Shown here piece by piece: positions 58,154 to 64,000 of a stretch of DNA of 64,000 bases. A program made the translations under genes and the position numbers. The DNA lies in assembly GCA_035702745.1 (NCBI GenBank), contig DASSZS010000054.1:9656-73655 (forward strand). Reading direction: 5' to 3'. This DNA comes from Acidimicrobiales bacterium. Its GTDB lineage: Bacteria > Actinomycetota > Acidimicrobiia > Acidimicrobiales > RAAP-2. A model generated the notes under the pieces. It saw only the letters and a list, made by a program, of their open reading frames with translations, was not told the DNA's origin and did not search any database. Positions within the stretch are counted from its first letter, which is position 1. Each line of letters begins with the position of its first letter.

Positions 58154-58983
58154 ACCGTGCTCGTCTCGACGAAGGCCCGCAGCCGCTTCAATCCCCGGTC
58201 CTGGGGGTCGGCGCCGCGCAGCACCCGGGAGACGCTCTCGGCCGCCAGCGCGGCGAGCTCCCCGGCGAAGTCGTCGTCGGCGCCCGCGAGGTCGAGCCCG
58301 TCGACGTCCTCGTGGCTCGCGAGCACGGGGCCGACCTCCCCGGTGCGTCCCGTGAGCACGTTGAGCGCCCCGGGCACCAGGTCGCTCGTCGCGGACATCT
58401 CGCCGAGCAGGACGGCCGGGATCGGGCGCGCCTCACTCGCCAGCGCCACGACGGCGTTGCCCGTGGCGAGTGGCGCGGCGACGGCGTCGACGAAGGCCTC
58501 GAGGGAGGAGGCCTGGTCGGCGAGCACGCCCACCACCCCGCTCGGGACCGGCACCGAGAAGTTGAAGTAGGGCCCGGCCACCGGGTTCTGGCCCCCGAGG
58601 ACTTGGGCGACCTTGTCGCACCAGCCCGCGTACCACACCAGCCGGTCGATCGAGCGACCGACACTGGCGCGGGCCTCGCCGGCGCGGACCCCCTCGGCCC
58701 GGGCGACCTGATCGGCCAGCTCGCGTGCGCGCGCCTCGACCATCTCGGCCAACCGGTAGAGGACCTGCCCGCGGTTGTAGGGCGTGAGCGACCACCACGC
58801 GCGCTGGGCCGTGCGCGCGGCGACCACCGCGTCGCGTACGTCCTTGCGCGACGCCTGGGCGACGTTCGCGAGGAAGCGGCCCTTGGCGTCGAGGACCTCG
58901 TAACTGCGCCCCGACTCCGAACGGGGGAAGGCCCCGCCCACGAGGAGCTTGTAGGTCTTTCGCACGTCGAGACGCTCAGACAT
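58132..58983 (-). CDS. Short, non-catalytic ALDH-family subunit (NAD-binding and oligomerisation domains only)
   Basis: ALDH N-domain is present, but PWNFP, FTGST, ELGGK and the catalytic Cys domain are absent. It ends in FVETSTVWH. Confidence 0.82.
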   Translation of the reverse strand: MSERLDVRKTYKLLVGGAFPRSESGRSYEVLDAKGRFLANVAQASRKDVRDAVVAARTAQRAWWSLTPYNRGQVLYRLAEMVEARARELADQVARAEGVRAGEARASVGRSIDRLVWYAGWCDKVAQVLGGQNPVAGPYFNFSVPVPSGVVGVLADQASSLEAFVDAVAAPLATGNAVVALASEARPIPAVLLGEMSATSDLVPGALNVLTGRTGEVGPVLASHEDVDGLDLAGADDDFAGELAALAAESVSRVLRGADPQDRGLKRLRAFVETSTVWHTIGQ

Positions 58984-60433
58984 CGAGGTAGGCCTCCAGC
59001 CCGTGGCGGCCGCCCTCGCGCCCGAAGCCCGACTCTCGGACTCCCCCGAAGGGGCTGGCCGGGTCGAAGCGGTTGTAGGTATTGGCCCACACGACCCCCG
59101 CGCGCAGCCGCTGGGCCACCCACAGGGTGCGCGAGCCCTTCTCGCTCCACACCCCGCAGGCCAGCCCGTAGGTCGTGTTGTTGGCCTTGGCGACGGCCTC
59201 CTCGGGCGTGCGGAAGGTCAGGACCGAGAGCACCGGGCCGAAGACCTCCTCCCGCGCGATCCGGTGGGTCTGGGCGACGTCGGTGAACACGGTCGGGGCG
59301 AACCAGTAGCCCCGCTCGGGCAGGGCGCAGGGGCTCGTGTAGCGGGTCGCACCCTCGCGCTCGCCCCAGGCGGTGAGCTCGCGGATCTTCTCGAGCTGGG
59401 CCGCCGAGTTGATCGCCCCGACGTCGGTGTTCTTGTCGAGGGGATCGCCCACGCGCAGCTGGTCGACCCGCCGGCGCAGACGGTGCAGGACCTCCTCGGC
59501 GATCGACTCTTGGACGAGGAGCCGCGAGCCGGCGCAGCACACGTGGCCCTGATTGAAGAAGATCCCGTCCACGATGCCCTCGACGACCTCGTCCAGGGGC
59601 GCGTCGTCAAAGACGATGTTCGCCCCCTTGCCCCCGAGCTCGAGGGTGAGGCGCGTGGGTCGGCCGGCCAGACGACGCAGGATGACCTTGCCGACCTCGG
59701 TCGAGCCCGTGAAGGCGACCTTGTCGAGCGCCGCGTCGACCAGGGCGGCGCCGGTCGACCCGTCGCCGGTGAGGATGTTCACCACCCCGTCGGGCAGCTC
59801 GGCCTGTTGGAGGATCTCGGCGAGGACCAGGGCGCTCAGCGGCGTCGTCTCGGCCGGCTTCAGCACGCAGGTGTTGCCGGCCGCGAGGGCCGGCGCGAGC
59901 TTCCAGGCGGCCATGAGCAGCGGGAAGTTCCAGGGGATGATCTGGCCGGCGACGCCCAGGGGGCGGGGGTCGGGCCCGAACCCGGCGTGGTCGAGCTTGT
60001 CGGCCCAGCCGGCGTAGTAGAAGAAGTGCGCCGCCGCGAGGGGCACGTCGAGGTCGCGGCTCTCACGGATGGGCTTGCCGTTGTCGAGGCTCTCGAGCAC
60101 GGCGAGCTCGCGGCTGCGCTCTTGGATCAGTCGGGCGATACGAAACAGGTACTTCGAGCGCTGGGCGCCCGTCGTCTTGCGCCACACCTTGTCGTAGGCG
60201 CGCCGGGCGGCCGCCACGGCGGCGGCGACGTCGGCCTCGCCGGCCTGGGCGACGCGGGCCAGGGGCTCCTCGGTCGCGGGGTTGATCGTCTCGAAGGTCG
60301 CGCCGTCGTGCGCCTCGACGAAGGCCCCGCCGATGAAGAGGCCGTAACTCTCGCGCAGCCGCGCGAGGGCGGCCGACTCGGGCGCCGGGTCGTACTCGAG
60401 CGCCGAGAGCGTGGAGGCGGGCCGCTCGTCCAT
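58976..60433 (-). CDS. Aldehyde dehydrogenase (catalytic subunit, likely acetaldehyde)
   Basis: PWNFP, KPAETTP, FTGST, ELGGKG, NQGHVCCAG, EEVFGPV. Confidence 0.92.
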   Translation of the reverse strand: MDERPASTLSALEYDPAPESAALARLRESYGLFIGGAFVEAHDGATFETINPATEEPLARVAQAGEADVAAAVAAARRAYDKVWRKTTGAQRSKYLFRIARLIQERSRELAVLESLDNGKPIRESRDLDVPLAAAHFFYYAGWADKLDHAGFGPDPRPLGVAGQIIPWNFPLLMAAWKLAPALAAGNTCVLKPAETTPLSALVLAEILQQAELPDGVVNILTGDGSTGAALVDAALDKVAFTGSTEVGKVILRRLAGRPTRLTLELGGKGANIVFDDAPLDEVVEGIVDGIFFNQGHVCCAGSRLLVQESIAEEVLHRLRRRVDQLRVGDPLDKNTDVGAINSAAQLEKIRELTAWGEREGATRYTSPCALPERGYWFAPTVFTDVAQTHRIAREEVFGPVLSVLTFRTPEEAVAKANNTTYGLACGVWSEKGSRTLWVAQRLRAGVVWANTYNRFDPASPFGGVRESGFGREGGRHGLEAYLDV

Positions 60434-61425
60434 CAATCCAGCGAGATCCGGTCGGGGCGGGCGTAGGCGCCCGAGCGCTGCTTGCGCCGCTGCAGGAGGA
60501 GGTCGTTCACGAGCGAGGAGGCCCCGAAGCGAAAGAGCGTCGGGTCGAGCCAGGCCGAACCGGCCGTCTCGTTCACCACCACGAGGTAGCGCAACGCCTC
60601 TTTGGTCGTGCGGATGCCCCCGGCCGCCTTCACCCCGACGAGGCGCCCCGTCGACTCGGCGAAGTCGCGTACCGCCTCCAGCATCACCAGGGCCGTGGGC
60701 AGGGTCGCGTTGACCGCGACCTTGCCCGTCGAGGTCTTGATGAAGTCGGCGCCGGCCAGCATGGCCAGCCAGCTCGCCCGGCGCACGTTGTCGTAGGTGA
60801 CGAGCTCACCGACCTCGAGGATCACCTTGAGGTGGGCCGGCCCGCACGCCTCGCGCACCGCGACGACCTCGTCGAAGACCTCGCCGAGTCGACCCGAGAG
60901 GAAGGCGCCGCGGTCGAGAACCATGTCGACCTCGTCGGCACCGGCGGCGACGGCGTCGGCCACGTCGAGGAGCTTGACGGCCCGCGAGGCGCGACCCGAG
61001 GGGAAGGCGGTGGCCACCGAGGCGACGCGCACGGGGCTGCCGGCGAGGTGGACCCGGGCCGTCGCCACGAGGTCGGGGTAGACGCACACCGCCGCCACCG
61101 CGGGCGCGTCGGGCTCGTCGGGGTCGGGACGGCGGGCCTTGGCGCACAGCGAGGCCACCCGCCCGGGGGTGTCGGCGCCCTCGAGGGTCGTGAGGTCGAC
61201 CATCGACAAGGCGAGGTCGATCGCGGCGCGCTTGGTCTCGCGCTTGAGCGAGCGCGTCGCCAGCTTGGCCGCGCGCGCCTCGGCGCCCACCGCGTCCACG
61301 CCCGCCAGTCCCTGAAGGAGGCTGCGCAGTTGCGCCTCGGACTCGACCACCGGGACGCTCGCCCCGGGGCGGGGCCGCACGGCCCGCTCGTCGTCGACGA
61401 CGAGGCGCAGGGGGGCCGGGCTCAC
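60433..61425 (-). CDS. deoC: Deoxyribose-phosphate aldolase
   Basis: DLTTLEGADT, AAVCVYP, VATAFPSG, HLKVILE, FIKTSTGK, GVKAAGGIR. The start is refined to GTG 61425 from a TAGCGT -10. Confidence 0.95.
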   Translation of the reverse strand: MSPAPLRLVVDDERAVRPRPGASVPVVESEAQLRSLLQGLAGVDAVGAEARAAKLATRSLKRETKRAAIDLALSMVDLTTLEGADTPGRVASLCAKARRPDPDEPDAPAVAAVCVYPDLVATARVHLAGSPVRVASVATAFPSGRASRAVKLLDVADAVAAGADEVDMVLDRGAFLSGRLGEVFDEVVAVREACGPAHLKVILEVGELVTYDNVRRASWLAMLAGADFIKTSTGKVAVNATLPTALVMLEAVRDFAESTGRLVGVKAAGGIRTTKEALRYLVVVNETAGSAWLDPTLFRFGASSLVNDLLLQRRKQRSGAYARPDRISLD

Positions 61426-61465
61426 CCCGACCACGCTACCAACCGTGATCCCCACGCCCCCGGGC

Positions 61466-62029
61466 TCAGGCGCGATAGCGGGGCAGCTCGCCGGCCGCGC
61501 GACGCGCGGACAGCCTCGGCGCGCGACGGTCCTTGTCGCTGACCCTCGCCGGACCGCTCAGGGGCCAGGGCACGGCGAGCGCCGGGTCGAAGGGGTCGAT
61601 CTCTAACTCCATCGCCGCGTTGTAGGGCGAGGAGAGCAGGTAGCACAGCGCGGCCTCCTCGCTCGTCACGCAGAACCCGTGCGCCACCCCGGCCGGCAAG
61701 AAGACGGCCCGGCCGGCGTCGGCCGCGAGCTCGACCGTGGCGACCGCGCCGAAGCTCGGCGAGCCCTCGCGCACGTCGACCACGACGTCGACCAGCGTCC
61801 CGTAGGCGCAGGTCACGAGCTTCGCCTGCCCCTCGGGCGCGAGCGAGTAGTGGAGTCCGCGCACCACGTCGCGCGCCGACATCGAGAGGTTCGCCTGAGC
61901 CAGGGTCCACTCCACCCCGAGCTCCTCGAGCGCCGCGCGCTGGAACCACTCGCGGAAGAAGCCCCGCTCGTCGGGCCACACCGGCGAGGAGAGGACGTAG
62001 GCGCCCTCGACCTCCAGGGCGGTGCTCAC
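61466..62029 (-). CDS. rmlC: dTDP-4-dehydrorhamnose 3,5-epimerase
   Basis: DERGFFREWF, QANLSMS, RGLHY, QAKLV, AHGF. Confidence 0.93.
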   Translation of the reverse strand: MSTALEVEGAYVLSSPVWPDERGFFREWFQRAALEELGVEWTLAQANLSMSARDVVRGLHYSLAPEGQAKLVTCAYGTLVDVVVDVREGSPSFGAVATVELAADAGRAVFLPAGVAHGFCVTSEEAALCYLLSSPYNAAMELEIDPFDPALAVPWPLSGPARVSDKDRRAPRLSARRAAGELPRYRA

Positions 62030-63000
62030 GCGCTCGCCGTGAGCGGGCGCCACCAGGCCGCGTTCTCCCGGTACCACGCCACGGTGGCGGCGAGGCCCTC
62101 GTCGAAGTCGACCGAGGGCGCGTAGCCCAGCTCGTCGCGGATCTTCGACCAGTCCACGCAGTAGCGCCGGTCGTGGCCGAGCCGGTCGGCGACCGGCTCG
62201 ATCGCCGACTCGTCGGCGTCCATCAGGGCCAGGATCCGCCGGGTCAGCTCGAGGTTCGTCAGCTCGGTGCCGCCGCCGATGTTGTAGATCTCCCCTGGCC
62301 GGCCCCGCTCGAGCACGGCCAGCAAGCCCCGACAGTGGTCGTCGACGTGGAGCCAGTCGCGCACGTTCCTTCCGTCGCCGTAGAGCGGGACGGTACGCCC
62401 CTCGAGCAGGCGGGTCACGAACAGCGGGATCACCTTCTCGGGGAACTGGCGCGGTCCGTAGTTGTTCGAGCACCGCGTGACCATCACCGACAGACCGAAC
62501 GTCCGGTGGTAGGCCAGCGCGGCCAGGTCCGAGCCCGCCTTGGACGACGAGTAGGGCGAATTGGGCTCGAGCAGGTGGTCCTCGCGCCAGGCGCCCACCG
62601 CGATCGAGCCGTAGACCTCGTCGGTCGACACGTGGACGACGCGCTCGACGCCGGATCGCCGCGCGCTCTCGAGGAGCTGGTGCGTGCCGACGACGTTGGT
62701 CTCGTAGAAGGGCCGCGCCCCGGCGATCGAGCGGTCGACGTGGCTCTCGGCCGCCAGGTGCACCACCGCGTGGGCCCCGGCGAGGGCGGCCTCGACCGTG
62801 GTCGGATCGAGGATCGAGCCGTGCACGAAGCGCGCGCGAGGGTCGGCGAGAGCCCCCTCCAGGTTCTCGAGCCGGCCCGAGTAGGTCAGCGCGTCGAGCA
62901 GGACGACGTCGTCGTAGCCGAGTCGTGGCGCCTCATCGAGCAGCATCTCGGCGAAGCGCGAGCCGATGAAGCCGGCCGCTCCGGTGACGACGACGCGCAT
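62026..63000 (-). CDS. rmlB: dTDP-glucose 4,6-dehydratase
   Basis: TGAAGFIG, HLAAESHVDRS, STDEVYG, YSSSK, NNYGPRQFPEK, DRLGHDRRY. Confidence 0.95.
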   Translation of the reverse strand: MRVVVTGAAGFIGSRFAEMLLDEAPRLGYDDVVLLDALTYSGRLENLEGALADPRARFVHGSILDPTTVEAALAGAHAVVHLAAESHVDRSIAGARPFYETNVVGTHQLLESARRSGVERVVHVSTDEVYGSIAVGAWREDHLLEPNSPYSSSKAGSDLAALAYHRTFGLSVMVTRCSNNYGPRQFPEKVIPLFVTRLLEGRTVPLYGDGRNVRDWLHVDDHCRGLLAVLERGRPGEIYNIGGGTELTNLELTRRILALMDADESAIEPVADRLGHDRRYCVDWSKIRDELGYAPSVDFDEGLAATVAWYRENAAWWRPLTASA

Positions 63001-63030
63001 GACACCTCCCGGGGCGAAATCGGCAGGTCC

Positions 63031-63044
63031 GTATACTACTGGAG
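63031..63044. promoter_or_regulatory. Overlapping divergent -10 elements (rmlB / rmlA)
   Basis: TATACT on the plus strand (63032-63037) and TAGTAT on the minus strand (63038-63033). Confidence 0.65.
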
Positions 63045-63826
63045 TGAAGGGAATCATCCTGGCGGGCGGCACCGGCACCCGCCTCTACCCCATCACCCGC
63101 GCGGTCTCCAAGCAGCTGCTGCCGGTCTACGACAAGCCGATGGTGTACTACCCGCTGAGCACGCTGATGCTCTGCGGCCTGCGCGAGATCCTCGTCATCA
63201 CCACGCCCCACGACCGACCCGCCTTCGAGCGGCTGCTGGGCGACGGCGCCGACCTCGGGCTGCGCCTGCGCTACCAGGTCCAAGACGCCCCCAACGGGCT
63301 CGCCGAGGCCCTGATCTTGGGCGAGGAGTTCCTCGCCGGCGACAAGTGCGCCCTCATCCTCGGCGACAACCTCTTCTACGGGCCGGGGCTGGGCACCCAG
63401 CTCGCGACCCACCGCGAGGTCGACGGGGCGCTGATCTTCGCCTACCAGGTCGCCGACCCCTCGGCCTACGGCGTGGTCGAGTTCGACGAGTCCGGTCGGG
63501 TCCTCTCCATCGAGGAGAAGCCGGCGACCCCCAAGAGCAGCTTCGCCGTGCCGGGCATCTACTTCTACGACGAGCGCGCGAGCGCCTTCGCGCGCACGCT
63601 CACCCCGAGCGGCCGCGGCGAGCTCGAGATCACGGCCCTCAACAACCTCTACCTCGAGCGCGGCGAGCTGCGCGTCGAGGTGCTGAGCCGGGCGACCACC
63701 TGGCTCGACACCGGCACCCACGAGTCGCTCTACGAGGCCGGGGGGCTGATCCGGACCATCCAGCACCGCACGGGGCTGCGCGTGGGCGACGTCGAGCAGA
63801 TCGCCCGGGACCAGGGCTGGGTCTAG
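63044..63826 (+). CDS. rmlA: Glucose-1-phosphate thymidylyltransferase (short C-terminus)
   Basis: GIILAGGTGTRLYP, SKQLLPVYDKP, ILGDN, EEKP, RGELEIT, WLDTGT. Confidence 0.93.
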   Translation: MKGIILAGGTGTRLYPITRAVSKQLLPVYDKPMVYYPLSTLMLCGLREILVITTPHDRPAFERLLGDGADLGLRLRYQVQDAPNGLAEALILGEEFLAGDKCALILGDNLFYGPGLGTQLATHREVDGALIFAYQVADPSAYGVVEFDESGRVLSIEEKPATPKSSFAVPGIYFYDERASAFARTLTPSGRGELEITALNNLYLERGELRVEVLSRATTWLDTGTHESLYEAGGLIRTIQHRTGLRVGDVEQIARDQGWV

Positions 63827-63875
63827 GGGGTCGCGACCGCCGTCCTAGAGTGGGGCCCAGTCGCAGAGGAGGTCT

Positions 63876-64000
63876 ATGTCCACCATCGCCGTCCCCGCCC
63901 CGCGTCGCGTCCTCGCCGACGCCGTCCCGCGCACGCTGCTGGCCGAGACCGCCCTGGTGGTCGGGGCCGCCGGCGTCATGGGCCTGCTCGCCCAGATCAC
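63876..64000 (+). CDS. bioY: Biotin transporter BioY (partial, runs off the right edge)
   Basis: GAGGAGG RBS. MSTIAVPAPRRVLADAVPRTLLAETALVVGAAGVMGLLAQI resembles the actinobacterial BioY N-terminus. Confidence 0.7.
   Translation, partial: MSTIAVPAPRRVLADAVPRTLLAETALVVGAAGVMGLLAQI

Noticed and set aside
58132-58983. Short ALDH read as a pseudogene or frameshift fragment
   Set aside because: It is a clean ORF with coupled start and stop, a precise internal domain deletion and a retained C-terminal strand. No leftover catalytic-domain sequence lies next to it.

Overview
This is a very GC-rich actinobacterial window, probably from Acidimicrobiia and possibly an acidophile (taxonomy is inferred). 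It is almost fully coding, with about 60 genes. I saw no rRNA, tRNA, CRISPR array, IS element or prophage. Main blocks in order: (1) F420-type LLM oxidoreductase, AI-2E transporter, putA, acyl-CoA dehydrogenase, convergent nfeD/SPFH, cfa and a ROK kinase. (2) A GltD-like flavoprotein with korAB and an unannotated 46-aa Cys/His peptide. (3) An orphan NarL-type regulator, a neocarzinostatin-type apoprotein, and an MFS/MarR/dienelactone hydrolase/DUF6295 locus. (4) A 14.5-kb divergent catabolic island of unknown substrate, encoding a Liv-type ABC importer, beta-hydroxyacid dehydrogenase, atypical M24 hydrolase, ThDP E1 alpha/beta, a DHPON-type C-C hydrolase, E2 with duplicated binding domains, a signal-less PBP-fold protein, an ALDH and TetR. 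(5) ppa, hbd, purU, gntK, kynAU, ettA and an MFS. (6) A complete nucleoside uptake and catabolism supercluster, including a structurally complementary long+short ALDH pair. (7) rmlABC and the start of bioY. Cross-cutting signals: about 17 genes have leaderless-type promoters, both solute-binding proteins lack a lipobox, and the exported proteins are strongly Lys-rich. Many long ORFs in the supplied track are GC-driven shadow ORFs.
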